Shown: positions 1-13,239, numbered from the stretch's first letter. The stretch: DNA of 64,000 nt from the human T2T-CHM13v2.0 reference genome, Homo sapiens (GCF_009914755.1 NC_060933.1); one strand, 5' to 3'. Made by a program: numbers and translations. Notes: generated by a model from the sequence alone, not told the origin.

Positions 1-552
1 TATCAAAGAGAAAAACATTGCACCAGACAAAATAAGCAGAGAGAAGTTGATTTCATTTCTATACTATTGTCAGCAATAGGATGCCTGAATACCCAGTCAC
101 CCACCACCCACCCTTACGCCAAAGAGCTGGAGAGTTTTTAAAAGTTGGGATAGGGGCCATCTGAGTTTGCTAATTGGCCTTACTCAAAGGAAAAATCACT
201 TTTCTTGTATCTTCATGACTGGAGGCAATTTTACAGCTTGGAACAAAGGCAACGTTAGGCCCCCACTCTCCCACAGAAACTGAAGTGGGGGGATGAGGAG
301 GGGTGGTTTATCTTTCTTGACAATTACACTTCGATAGAATGGCTCTCAGATCCTTCAAAAAGCCATTCTTCAGTTCTATAACGAGTTAGAAGCTTTCAAA
401 AAATTTACGTCTCAAAGGGCCAGAGAAAGGATGTACAACTATGTGTTTTCTAGAGTAAATGTTCTAAGAAAAGGAAGGTCAGGGTCCTAGGTGAGATAAA
501 AGCTTGTCTAAAATTTCGTGAAATCGAGTGGAACCTTAGATCGTCTTCATCA
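1..552 (-). mobile_element. ERV1 solo LTR, MER67-like (cut by or near the window start)
   Basis: Minus strand starts TGATGAAGACGATCTAAGGTTCCACTCG...TTAGACAAGC...CCTGACCTTCCTTTTCTTAGAACATTTACTCTAGAAAAC, resembling the recalled MER67 5' end. Confidence 0.6.
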
Positions 553-770
553 ACTTTTAACTTTTTGTGGGATTATATATATAAGCATAAAAACATAGCC
601 TTTCATGGTTTTCTATCTTAGCTCACTGGTTAAGAAAGGGGTCTTCAAAACCTTTTCGTAAAGGAGATTTTTGTCCTATTTGAGAATATTTTAACTAACA
701 AATGATGTAAATAAAATATTTTCTCTATAGGAACAATGTTCAACTTTTAATCAAATTTAGTTAAAAAAAA

Positions 771-1576
771 TTATTTTTGAGACAAGGTTGAAACTGCCAT
801 TGCAAAATTATAAATGAGAAAATTATTACAGTGAAAAAGATCTGACCTAACCCACTCCATCTTGCTTGTAATCCCCAAGCTGTTCTTGTTCACTCCTGGG
901 TGTAGGCCAAATTAACTTTGGGAGGAATTTAGTTTATAGTTTGAAACAAAGACAATAACAGCCTTTGCAGGACTAACAAATTATCCACAAGATTAAAAAT
1001 TGTGGTTTAGGAGTCATGCAGCTGGAGGCTGCCTGCGAGATTCTAAACCTCTTCAAATTACTCCTGGTGATAACATCACTATTGTAAAACCTAAGATCAG
1101 TGTCTGAGATATTTTGCAGACCTGGCACTTGATGGATCAGTTGGCACCACCCAGATCGATAAAGTGGCTCCTCTGGTCTTGTTGCCCTCACTCAGGAAAT
1201 GACAGCACAAGAGGTCAGCCTCAACTCCCTATGATTTCATCTCCGACCCAACCAATCAGCACTCCCGACTCACTGGCCCCTACCCACCAAATTGTCCTTA
1301 AAAACCCTGATCCCCAAGTTTTCAGGGAGACTGATTTGAGTAACAATAGAATCCTGGTCACCTGCACAGAGGTTCTATGTTAATTACTCTTTCTCTATTT
1401 CCCTGTCTTGATAAATTGACTGTCCAGTGCACTACCACACTAATTATTTTTGTGTGTATATGTGTAGACAAGGATCTTGCTATGTTGCCCAGACTGGTCT
1501 TGATCTCCTGAGCTCAAGTGATTCTCCCACCTTGGCCTACCAAAGAGCTAGGATTATAGGCATGAGCTACCAGGCC
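771..1576 (-). mobile_element. AluJ-like element split by LTR8 (tail 771-788; left arm about 1425-1576)
   Basis: TTTTTGAGACAAGGT precedes the LTR and an antisense Alu left arm follows it. The TSD TCAAAT(T/G)TAGTT lies at 751-762 and 1577-1588. Confidence 0.75.
789..1424 (+). mobile_element. LTR8/LTR8A ERV1 solo LTR, 3'-truncated
   Basis: Starts TGAAACTGCCATTGCAAAATTATAA...GATCTGACCTAACCCACTCCATCTTGC, the LTR8 signature. It stops at CCCTGTCTTGATAAATTGACTGTC, short of the usual ...TTACA end. Confidence 0.85.
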
Positions 1577-1849
1577 TCAAATGTAGTTTATGAAAAAATT
1601 CTTAGATTAATGAGGATCTTATAAAATGCCTTCAGGGGCTTAAGCCTCCTCCCATTTTGTCTACCTTTTGATAAAGTCCCACAGTCCTATTTGGTTTTGG
1701 TGGCCCAATAACCAAAATAGCTTGGGTCATATCAGTGGGCTCCCCATACGAATACAGCTTTAAGATAACCCTCATTCTTACTCTCTTCCTGTAAATTTTC
1801 TTACCATATTTTTTGCCCTAAGCCCTTCCTACATTAAAATTCTGGATCA

Positions 1850-3660
1850 TCTAGAATTGTTTCATCACCACAAAGAAATGTCCTGTATTATCCCTTAATA
1901 ATCACACCCTCTTTGAACTCTAACCCTCAGCAGCCAATGACCTGATATTATCACTTTGAGAATGTTTTATAAATGCTATGTATAGTAAGTAACCTTTAGA
2001 CTTTATTTATTTCACTCAGTATAATGCCCTTCAAATCCCTCCATACATGTTGTTTGAATTCACCAATTCTTGATTTTACAGAGGATATGATGAATTGCTT
2101 TTTTTCTTTTTATTCTAAAACAATTTCAAACTTACAGAAAGGTTGTAATTATAGTGCAGAAAGTATTTCCCCTAAATCATTTGAAAGTTACTCAGTCACA
2201 TTTTGCCTAACACCCAAATATTTTAGTGTGTGTTTCCTACAAAGACATTCCTTGATGTAATTCAATATAATTACCAAAATCAGGACATAACATTTCATTA
2301 TTATCATTTAAACTGTAGTCCCAATCCAAATTGTGTCAATAGTCCCAATAATGCCCTTTTTTAGAAAAAGGATTCAATCTGAACAGGACTGGCTACTCAG
2401 TGGGGACCTGGGGCTCACTTCAGAATGAATGTGAGCCTTTTGAAATATTGTTAAGAATTGAGAGGACAACAGCAGAACATTAAATCAAACATAGGCTCTT
2501 CCAAGTACAGGGCCCTGTGCCACTACACAAACTACATGCCCATAAAGCCAGCCCTGGTTTAAGATCATATACTGCATTTAGATGCCCTGTATTTTTAATC
2601 TTCTTCAACCTCCTTCTTCTGTCTTCTTTTCTCTCATGACCTTGACACTTTTGAAGATTTTAAGCCAGTTATTTAGAGAATGCCTTTCAATTTGTGTTTC
2701 TCTGATGCTTCCTCTGATTAAATGGTTTTGGCAGGAATATCACAGAGGTAATGTTTGTGATTGCATCTTATCAGGTGGTAATGATTTGATTTGTCCCATT
2801 TTGATGATGTTAATTTTGAACATTTGATTAAGGTGGTGTCTTCTAGTTTTCACTATGGTGAAGTTACTTTTTTCCCCAACTTAATAAGTGTATTGAAGGA
2901 CGATACTTTGAGACTATATAAATACTCTGTTTCTCATCAAACTTTTACCACCCACTAATGTTTTCTGCATGAATTAAATATTGGGATGATAGATGCCAAT
3001 AGGCGATTTTCATCAAATCTATTATTCCTTTTATTTTATTAATTAACAAGATTTTCCCTCTGCGTATGTATATGTGTATTTTTATCACAAATGCATTCCA
3101 ATATTATTTCATAGGTTAAAATCTGTTGATATCATTATTTATTTAGATACACAAATTTTTCCCTATCTGACTAGTGAGAGCTCATTCAAGCTAGCTCTTT
3201 TGTTGTTGTCCTTTTGATATATCCTTATGATTATTTGAGCACTTCCTTATTTTCATGTACCACATGATGTTAATGGCTCATTTTACATTTTTTTCCCTTA
3301 GTCCTGAAATTAGCCATTGATCCAAGGAGCTATGTTTTATTTTAGTGAAAAATGACCTTCAGAAAACAAAATCTGAGGCTAGACATGCTCATTATTACAT
3401 GGGTGTTGATGTCTCAAAGCCCTCTCAGTGAGCAGAGCTTGAGGAGGTAAGCATGCATACACCTGCAATACATACACACCTATATTCTTTCTGTATCCAT
3501 CTATATGCATTAAAACTTTAAGTTCACACAAACATCTCCAATTCCAATCCAATACTAGTGCTAGAAGTTTTATCCTAATTTTTCTGCATTTTCTATAACT
3601 TCCTTTTTCTATAACTTCCTTTTTCAACCTGAGAAATCTTGCTCCTATTATTCCCAATAT
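1850..3660 (-). mobile_element. Old L1 3' fragments (L1MC/L1ME-like), interrupted by MER45A
   Basis: Diverged L1M 3'UTR motifs such as CATGACCTTGACACTTTTGAAGA, CAAGGAGCTATGTTTTATTTTAGTG and CCTCTCAGTGAGCAGAGCT. Confidence 0.6.
2384..2556 (-). mobile_element. MER45A hAT-Tip100 non-autonomous DNA transposon
   Basis: TIRs CAGGACTGGCT and AGCCAGCCCTG, ~173 bp long, with internal CAGCAGAACATTAAATCAA and CAGGGCCCTGTG matching the recalled MER45A consensus. Confidence 0.8.
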
Positions 3661-4642
3661 TTTTATTTATTTGATAAATCCTACCTTTACATAACCAACA
3701 TTTCTTCCCCTCCACTTCACCATGTGAATGCTCTTTCCACCTCACCCAGACTTCAGCATTTCACTGTTGTTCATTGTCAACCCCCTGCTACAAAATCCTC
3801 CTCCAGGTCTGAAGTAGAAATATTCTTAATTATCTCAGGACATAGTGTCTGTGGCAGACTGTGTGGATTGTGAATGCATTCCTCACCATGTCCAGTCTCT
3901 GAGCCCCTGCAATATGGTGCTCCTACCTACAAAGAATGTGTTCTTACCCTCCTTGGGCTTTGACGCTCTGTGCCAAGTCATGGATATCATTGCTGTGCCC
4001 TATCTCCATGTGGAAGCCATCTGTGCTATGCTTGGGCTGTAACAAATTACGGTGGGACCACAACCATCCCACATGCAGACAGCCTCTTTACCTACTTGGG
4101 TTTCTGATATCTCACCAAGCTGCTTACACTGTTATATACCCCTTACATAGCTGTCCCTCTCACACTCTTGAGTATGACTACTCAGAGCTTTGCCAAAAGA
4201 ATGTGCTCCTCCTCCTCTCAGGTTTCTTACACCTTTTACCCCTCACTTCCTCACCCCACCCTCAATCTAGCATCCCATTATAGTGGCTGTACCACCAGTC
4301 CATTCTCTTCCTTTACCCACCACCCACATATAAATATCTCCTGTGTCTCATTGCACAAGGCCACTGTACCTATCTCCCTTCCAGCACGTGTTTCTATCTA
4401 GCATATACTCAACCTAATATCTTTTAGGCTAAATACTCATGAAGGAGGGAAAAAAGGGAGAGAGATTCATGAATTAGTTTTAAAAATTCATAACTACGTT
4501 CTTTATAACTAGCAGATACTTTGTCAGTGTTTGGAAAAAATATTCTTTTATAAAAATAAATAGCACAAGAAACCAAGTTTTAAGATTATTTTTAAAAATT
4601 AGGTACTTCATTAGACATGTATGAATGAATCACAACAGTGAA

Positions 4643-5700
4643 TATGAAGGCAGAATCATGCCTTCTCCCCCAAAGACGTCTGGGTCCTAATTCTCAAAGC
4701 CTATACACAGGTAACTGTAGAGGCCAAGGTCCTTGGTCCCCTGAAGCTCTGTTGAAAATGATTGATATGAGGCAGATTGATTAATAGGAAAAAAAGGCAT
4801 ACAAATTTATTTCACATGTATACATAGGAGCTTTCGGAATAAACACCTAATCCCCCAGTAGGGGTGAAAAAAAAAAAAAAAGAAGCTTATCTACCATCTT
4901 GAGATTACAGAAAGAATGAGGGCTCAGAGCATTGCCAAAAATAGATTATGTTGGTAAGTCAGGTTTTAGTGGCAAGACAGGTTATGAAGGGAGAGAAGAG
5001 GACGCTTGGCTAGCAAAGGTTGTCTTGTTATGTAGATCAAACCTCATAGGTAGCAGCCTTCAGAAGGGACAGATGGTAAATATTTCTGTTTCTTTTGGAA
5101 TCTTTAAAGGTGCCAGACTCTTAGTTAATCTTCCCTAGATCAGGACAAGGTAAGGCCTAGTTGAATTAATGGAGATTCTCTATGGTTGCAAATTTTCCCT
5201 ACAAAAGACAGTTTTGAAGGGCCACTTCAGTCTGCTGGCTCTGGGACAGCCATCTCAAAATATGGCAAACAAATATATTTTTGGATAAAATATTTTCATT
5301 TCCTTCATTACCCTAGCTGGCAAATGGGACTTCACAGATATGATTAAGGTTATGGACTTTGAGATGGGAGATCATTATGGATCACCTTGGTGGGCCAAAT
5401 CTAATTATATAGGTCCTTAAAAGTGGAGAACCTGTCCTAGCTGTAGTCAGGGAGAGATGAGACCATGGAAAGAGGAGTCAAAGAAATGGAATGATGCTGA
5501 CTCTGAAGATGGAGAAAGGGGACCACATGCTAATGAAAGTGGGCAGCTTCTGGAAGATGAAAAATGTAAGGAAATGTATTCTTATCTGGAACCTCTAGAA
5601 AGGAACAAAGCCTTGGCAACAAAGCCTTAGCCCAGTGAGACTTATACTGGACTTCTGACATACATAATTGTATAATAATAAATTTGTGTGTTGTAGCAAG
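4643..5700 (+). mobile_element. MLT1D-like MaLR LTR, split by an ERV1 LTR
   Basis: GGCAGAATCATGCC...CCCAAAGACGTC...GTCCTAAT before 4716 resumes as TTACCC...GGCAAATGGGACTTCACAGATATGATTAAGG after 5307 and ends AATAAATTTGTGTG. Confidence 0.75.
4716..5307 (-). mobile_element. MER39/LTR29-like (MER4 group) ERV1 solo LTR
   Basis: TG...CA termini; minus strand starts TGAAGGAAATGAAAATATTTTATCCAAAAATATATTTG; near-TSD TAAC/TTAC. Confidence 0.65.
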
Positions 5701-6247
5701 ACACATATGGTAAAAGAAACAGAAATGCTCAGAGGATATAGTAGGTGCTAGAAATATTTCAATATTTAAGAAATATTGAATATATGAATTATAAGCTGTT
5801 TTTGAAGGAGAACTGATTTTTTTCTTTCAAGTCTTTATACTTAAGCTGTCAAGATGTTTTTTTAAAAAGCCCTGCATTTTATTTCCATTCTCTTTATTTT
5901 AAATACCATAAAATTAAAGATAATTTTTAAAAATTAAAAAGCCACAATTCTACGACACTAAAATGATTTTTATAAAACAGTTTCATTCTATCCCTTCTTC
6001 TTTCAGCAGCATATATATTTAACACAATTGAAATCATATAACATTTTCAATAAGCTGCTCACTTTTTTCTTCTAAAATTTATAAAAACTATTTTCTATGT
6101 GTCTGTAACATCTTTATAATTATCATTTTATAACTGTATGACTCATTGAATTAATGTACAATAATTGATTAATTTATCCTTTTGTTGAAATTTAGTTTGT
6201 TTACAATGTTTACTATTTAAGATAATTTTTCAAAGAAACATCTTTGA

Positions 6248-6572
<325 letters not shown>

Positions 6573-6961
6573 TTTTTCCTTATTTTCTATTTTGACTTAA
6601 GATTGTGTAAACCCAGAATAAAATCATAAGCCCCTCAAGTGACTGAATGGACCCTGCTTTGACCAAAGGCACCCCAGAGAAATCAGAAAAACTGAATTCC
6701 TGGCATATTTTGAAACGGCCCTGCAAAGCCACCTCTTGTGGGGAAAATTTGCATCTGTAGTGAATCTCCATTAATACAGCCAGGGATTCCCTTTTCAGGT
6801 CTTCCCTGGATCCAGGAGGGATTAATGAAAGTCACACCTTTAAGGTCTGAAAAAGAAATTTACCATCTATTTTCTCTGAAGGCAGCGACATGGGAACTTC
6901 ATCTATATAACAAGAACCTTGGTCTCTACAACCCCCCTTATCTTAACTCAAGCATTTCTTT

Positions 6962-7399
6962 CTTTTTTTTTTAATTTTTAAGCTCCAGGGTATATGTGCA
7001 GGATGTGCAGGTTTGTTACATAGGTAAATGTGTGCCACGGTGATTTGCTGCACCTATCAACTCATCACCTAGGTATTAAGCTCAGTATGCATGAGGTATT
7101 TTTCCTAGTGCTATCCCTCCTCAAACTCAACCCCCTGACAGGCCCCAATGTGTGTTGCTCCCTTCCTTATGTCCATGTGATCTCATTGTTTAGCTCCCAC
7201 TTGTAAGTGAGAACATACTGTGTTTGGTTTTCTTTTCCTGCATTATTTTGCTGAGGATAATGGCTTCCAGTTCCTTCCATGTCCCTACAAAGGACATGAT
7301 CTTATTCCTTCTTATGGATGCATAGTATTTCATGGTGTATATGTACCACATTTTCTTTATCTAGTCTATCACTGATGGGGATTTGGGTTGATTCCATGT
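6962..7399 (-). mobile_element. L1PA8-10-like 3' end
   Basis: Poly-T followed by GTGCAGGATGTGCAGGTTTGTTACATAGGTAAA...CACCTAGGTATTAAGC, the antisense L1PA 3'UTR. Confidence 0.85.
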
Positions 7400-7754
7400 T
7401 GTATTAGTCTGTTTTCACACTGCTGATAAAGACACACCTGAAACTGGGAAGAAAAAGGGAATTAATTGGACTTACAGTTCCACATGGATGGGGAGGCCTC
7501 AGAATCATGGCCGGAGGCGAAAGTTACTTCTTACATGGTAACAGCAAGAGAAAAATGAGGAAGAAGCAAAAGCAGAAACCCCTGATAAACCCATCAGATC
7601 TCATGAGACTTATTCACTGTCATGAGAAGAGCAAGGGAAAAGCCAGCCCCCATGATTCCATTACCTCCCAATGGGTCCATCCCACAAAATGTGGGAATTC
7701 TGGGAGATATAATTCAAGTTGATATTTGGGTGGGGACACAGCCAACCCATACCA
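7400..7754 (-). mobile_element. THE1A-like 3' LTR
   Basis: TGTATTAGTCTGTTTTCACACTGCTGATAAAGAC...GCAAAAGCAGAAACCCCTGATAAACCCATCAGATCTC...GGGACACAGCCAACCCATACCA. Confidence 0.9.
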
Positions 7755-9323
7755 TTCTGCCCCTGGACCCTCCAAATCTCATGTCCTCACATTTCAAAAC
7801 CAATCACACCTTTCCAAGGGTCCCTCAAAGTCTTAACTCATTTCAGCATTAACCCAAAAGTCCACAGTCCAAAGTCTCATCTGAGAAAAGGCAAGTCCCT
7901 TCTGCCTATGAGCCTGCAAAATCAAAAGCAAGCTAGTTACTTCCTAGGTACAGTGGGGGTATAGGTATTTGGAAAATACAGCCATTCTCCAAATGGAAGA
8001 AATTGGCCAAAACAAAGGGGTTACAGGGCCCATGCAAGTCCAAAATCCAGCAGGGCAGTCAAATTTTAAAGCCCCAAAATGATCTCCTTTGACTCCAGGT
8101 CTCACATCCAGGTCATGCCGATGCAAGAGGTAGATTCCTAGGCACTTGGGCAGCTCTGCCCCTATGGCATTGCATGGTGCAGTCTCCCTCCCAGCTGCTT
8201 TCATGGGCTGGTGTTAAGTGTCTGCAGCTTTTCCAGGTGCACGATGGATGTAAGCTGTTGGTTAATCTACCATTCTGGGGTCTGGAGGACAGTGGCCCTC
8301 TTCTGACACCTCCACTATGCAGTGCCCCAGTAGGGACACTGTGTGGGGGCTCCAACCCCACATTTCCCTTCCACACTGCCCTAGCAAAAGTTCTCCATGA
8401 GGATCCCGCCCCTGCAGCAAACTTCTGCCCGGGCATCCAGGCATTTCCAAACATCGTCTGAAATCTATGTGGAGGTTCCCAAACCTCAATACTTGACTTC
8501 TGTGCACCCAGAGGCTCAACACCACGTGGAAGCTGCCAAGGCTTGGGGCTTCCACCCTCTGAAGCCACAGCCTGAGCTGTACGTTGACCCCTTTCAGCCA
8601 TGACTGGAGCAGCTAGGACACAGGGCACTAAGTTCCTAGGCTGCACACAGCACAGGGACCCTGGGCCTAGCACACTAAACCACTTTTTTCTCCTGGGCCT
8701 CTAGGCCTGTGAAGGCAGGGGCTGCTGTGAAGGTCTCTGACATGGCCTGGAGACATTTTCCCCATGGTCTTGGGGATTAACATTAGGCTTCTTGCTACTT
8801 ATGCAAATTTCTGCAGTTGGCTTGAATCTCTCCCCAGAAAATGGGGTTTTCTTTTCTATCACATAGGCTGAAATTTTCCAAACTTTTATGCTCTGCTTCC
8901 CTTGTAAAACTGAACACCTTTAACAGAACCCAAGTCACCTCTTGAATGCTTCGCTGCTTCGATGTTTCTTCTTCCAGACACCCTAAATCATCTCTCTTAA
9001 GTTCAAAGTTCCACAAATCTCTAGGGCACGGACAAAATGCCACCAGTTTCTTTACTAAAACATAACAAGAGCCACCTTTGCTCCAGTTCCCAAGTTTCTC
9101 GTCTCCATCTGAGACCACCTCAGCCTGAATTTTATTGTTCATATCATTACCAGCATTTTGGCAAAGCCATTCAACAAGTCTTTAGGAAGTTCCAAACTTT
9201 CACACATTTTCCCTATCTCCTTTTGAGCCCTTCAAACTGTTCCAATCTCTGCCTGCTACCCAGTTTCAAAGTTGCTTACACATTTTCAGGTATCTTTTCA
9301 GCAATGCTCCACTCTACTGGTAC
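7755..9323 (-). mobile_element. THE1-int (MaLR internal region); 5' LTR absent
   Basis: Typical THE1-int sequence. ORF-track peptides 7944-8204, 8113-8673 and 8795-9142 (NKIQAEVVSDGDEKLGNWSKG) are degenerate THE1 ORF pieces. It ends at CTACTGGTAC. Confidence 0.9.
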
Positions 9324-9550
9324 TGACTGGGGGAGGGAGCTCCCTTTGCGCTGCACAGCTCCCAGGCGGGCCCTCACTCCGCCCTGCTTTTCCGTGCTCT
9401 CTGTGGGTCATGTCAACCACCTAGTCTGTCCCAATGAGAAAACCTTGGTACCTCAATTGAAGATGCAGAATTCTTTTGCTGTTTTCATCCTTCTCAGTGG
9501 GAGCCACAGAGCAAAGCTATTTCTATTCAGCCATCTTAGCTGTTCCTCCC
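9324..9550 (-). mobile_element. L1PA 5'UTR first ~225 bp, partner of the 6962-7399 3' end
   Basis: Minus strand reads GGGAGGAACAGCTAAGATGGCTGAATAGAAATAGC..., the L1PA start with the YY1-type AAGATGGC motif. It includes GTACCTCAATTGAAGATGCAGAA. Confidence 0.8.
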
Positions 9551-12500
9551 TTAACTTTTCTTCAACTATTTCTTTCTACTGACTTCAAGTCTTTACACAA
9601 AGCTTAACTCTTTCAACCAATTGCCAGTCAGAAAATCTTTGAACCTACTTATGACCTGTAACCCCCACACCTCTTCAAGAGACCTCACCTCTTTAGACTG
9701 AACCAATATACACCTTCCATATATTGATTATTTTACTTATAATTCCTGTCTCTCTAAAATGTATAGAACCAAACTGTATCCTGACCACCTTGGGCACACT
9801 TTCTCAGGACTTCTTGAGACTGTTATCCAGGCCATGGTCACCCATATTGGCTCAGAATAAGTCTCTTTAAATATTTTACAGTTTGTTTTTTCCATTTACA
9901 CCCTGAAGATAAATTTGTAGAAATAAAATTACCAAAAAAATCTATGAATATTTCTAGAATCTTCCTGTGTGATCTAGCTGGCTCTTCTGTTTTTCTCAAA
10001 TTATTGCATTATCACTGGTTACTCTTCATATGAAGCCAATAGTATTTGTTAGCATTATAGTACTATATATATATTCATACATGGTCGAGCCCCCTTTAAT
10101 ATAAAAATAATATTTATCTAAAAATTATTAAAACTGTATTTGTTCAAATAAATTATGATTCTCTGGCAAGTAAAGAGAAAGAAAAATAAAACCAGAGTTC
10201 TGACTTCAAGCAACTCATAGACCACTGAGAGAGTCAAATACAGAGGAGTACTGATAGTAGGAGAGTCAGCAGAGAGCAGTGTAGAGTAGTGCAGCAATGT
10301 AGCATAGCGGTAAAAAGCCTACTAAGAAAGTTACTAAAACAGAATGCCCAATTTTGTCAGTAACTTCAGATTTAGAGCAGGAAAAGGACTGAGGAGAGAT
10401 CCAAATAATATTTCTCTTTGGTCTTTCAAAAATAACAGGCTTTCTCTTTGTTATGCAAAATTTTAACAAAAGCGTGCTGTTTCCATAACTTACTCTCCTC
10501 ATTTTCTCCCATGTAGCACCAGACATCTACAATTGGAGATTTGTGTTGTTTTTCTCTCATTATCATCGTTCATTAAAATTGTGTAATCTTTTCTGCACTA
10601 CCAGTCCTCTTGTTCCATTGTCCTGTCAAAGTGTTTTAGATGACCTGTACGTGTATCTTCTTGCCAACACAATATGCACAATATTGCTTTTAGCATGTTA
10701 AACTCACAATCAATTAAAGAACACAATTAATCCTGATTGCTATTTCCTACCAAAAGTAAGTTTTCATGAATTATAATGACTGCAATCATGTGAATCATTC
10801 ATTTAGCACATATTTACATTTTACCTAATATCTACCAGGGCCAGAAACATACACAAAGAAAGTGGAAATAGTCCTTGCTTTCAAGTAGACTCTCAGTTTG
10901 ATGAGCCAGACATGTAAACAAGTAATTGTGTTTCAGTGATAGTATAAAGTAGGAAGAAATCAATTCAAAAGTCAATTCTAACCTGGGACCAGTAAAGTCC
11001 AAAAGAGGGATTAATATTTGAACTTAATTTGAAGGTTGAATACAAGTTCTCTATGTGAATAAATCAGATAAAAGAATATCGCTAGAGGGATAGTTTATAA
11101 AAAGTCATAGGTGCATAAAACAGCCCAATCAATTTCAAAGGTTATAATAAAAACATACTCTAGTATCACGGTTACAATAGTGTTCTACATCTACAGTTCA
11201 TAGTGTTACCTTCATATGCAGAATTTTCCCCAAAACTATTTCCACTTCCTCCTGGCACCTTAATTCTCAAAGTCGAATTCACATTCTGAAACTAACAATA
11301 TTAACTTAGCTGAATCTTTTGATAAGTTTCTCTGTGGTCATTTTCATTATATTCCCACTTTTCTTCACTTAATTCATACTGCTGCTATCATGGGGAACAT
11401 TGTGAACACTTATCTTAAATGACCTGCTTCTTGCTCCAAATATTGCACACACAAGAAAATAGTTACTTAGCTCCCTTCTGTGGAAAACTACAGAAGCTTG
11501 TCCTCATAAACAGGACATTTATGACAACTCTGTTTGAAAGGTTGGATTATTTTGATATTTCAAAAGATGAAAGTCTTCTGACTGACAAAAAGTGGAGGTG
11601 TAGTTTTTTTTTTTTTCTCTTTCGAAGTTTTTTTTTTATACCAACTGTAGGTACCAACAAAAAGAATAATTTATAAACAAAATGTATCAATTATTTGCGT
11701 TTTCTGTGAAATTCTTATTGTAGAATGTTTTTATTTTATTAAAACTACAAATTCAAAATAATAAATAGTACCAACGGTTAGCATATCTTTGAAGTGTTGA
11801 TCTACATCGCTTATTCATCACAATTTCTGTACAAAACAGAGAGAAAGGGCATATAAAAAAGAAAAGTTTGTCAGGACCATTTTGCAATGATCAATGTAGC
11901 AGTGTAATTAACAAACAAAAACACTAATAATTATATATATTGATATAACAATATTGTCATGGAATCTTGGCACTATGCATTATTCCAATGTAAACATTTA
12001 TAAAATTGCTGTTTTCAGCTCATTAAATAGTAGTTTTCTGTTTAAATTTCATTCAATATATATGAAAAATGAACAAATATAAATGAATTGAATACAAGTT
12101 GCATTTTGATATAAGGAGAGCTAGAAACATCAACCTTCTTCATTCTGCTCCCTTGTATTAATGATACAATATGGCTATTTGGAGAAGAAGGATAAACGCA
12201 TGAAAACTGAGTGGGGTAGAGCAGAATATAGAGTTTTTAAAATACAGGAAACAAGTGCAACTGAATCAAACAGAATTCGATTATTGAAAAGCCTAAAAAT
12301 GAACATAAATAAATAAGCAATTCAATGAAAACATAAACAAAATAACACTTTTCTACTATTTTTCTTTATTTTAATAGAATTGAATTTCTCTGATAACTAA
12401 AACGCTAAAGGAAAAACGCTTTTACATACAAAAACAAAACATTTAGAAATACTGCAAAAAATTAGTAGGTAGTCACCAACTGTTTAGTGATGATTTTTCA

Positions 12501-13090
12501 TTATTTTCTCCTCTGCCTGAGGCTTGCAAGTAAGAAGTTAATTAAATAGGACCAATTCTGCCTCCAACAGTTGTTTTCATGAAAGATGCTTGGTAAAAAT
12601 TGTCTTTGCCACAAAGGATAATGTTTGAGATAGAGCTGCACATGTGTGCTTATGAGATAGTGACCAATCCATTGTTACATGTCCCCGAAGTATGTTAGTA
12701 ATTGGACCCTGGCCCTATATGGATTCAGGGATCCTAGCAAGGCAAGAAATTCCTTCTCTTTTCCCCAAAGTTTTTACACAAGTGAAACAAAGTGAAATGA
12801 GTTGTCTGAAGCAGGCACAGCCTCAGCCGAGGGCCACATGCATACTGATGGGCCTGGTTAGTGGTCATGAGGAGGTCTGAGACCTCAGGCTAGGATAGGT
12901 TATGGGAGATGAGACTGAAATATAAATTGAAGCATCCACTGTCCTTTTATTTTATTTTATTTTTATCTCAGTTCATTAAAGCTACTTCCTTTCCCCCACT
13001 CTATGTTAGATTTGTATATGCAAAAGAAATTTGACCCTCTAGTAATCACAACTGGGCCCTTTAGACAAATGAACTTTCCATAGATTTTAC

Positions 13091-13239
13091 CTGGAAGATA
13101 ATTTAAGGAGTAATTAACAATGCCATAATGTAAACTGCTGTCACAATTTTTCCAGGCCACAGACGTATAAACTTCAGCTGATCCAGGGACAGAAATAAAT
13201 GCCAGATTAGAACTGGTGTTTTTCTTTTTGTCTGTCTCT
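13091..13239 (-). other. Candidate spliced exon (149 nt), gene unidentified
   Basis: Acceptor CTATGTTTTTTAG| and donor CAG|GTAAAA on the minus strand in repeat-free DNA. One frame is open (ETDKKKNTSSNLAF...YLP) but I recognise no homology. Confidence 0.25.

Larger units (their letters stand above)
6606..9900 (+). mobile_element. MER4D/E-like ERV1 solo LTR in two pieces (6606-6960 and about 9560-9900)
   Basis: Starts TGTAAACCCAGAATAAAATCATAAGCCCC...GACTGAATGGACCC. The 3' part CACCTTGGGCACACTTTCTCAGGAC...ATTGGCTCAGAATAA...TTTACA ends at 9900. Confidence 0.8.

Noticed and set aside
3690-4420. C-rich block with ORFs of 65-115 aa
   Set aside because: No homology or splice structure; probably a decayed G-rich repeat segment, which I could not assign.
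7944-9582. Long ORFs (186 aa, 181 aa and others) as host genes
   Set aside because: They are frameshifted THE1-int remnants or antisense read-through into the L1 5'UTR.
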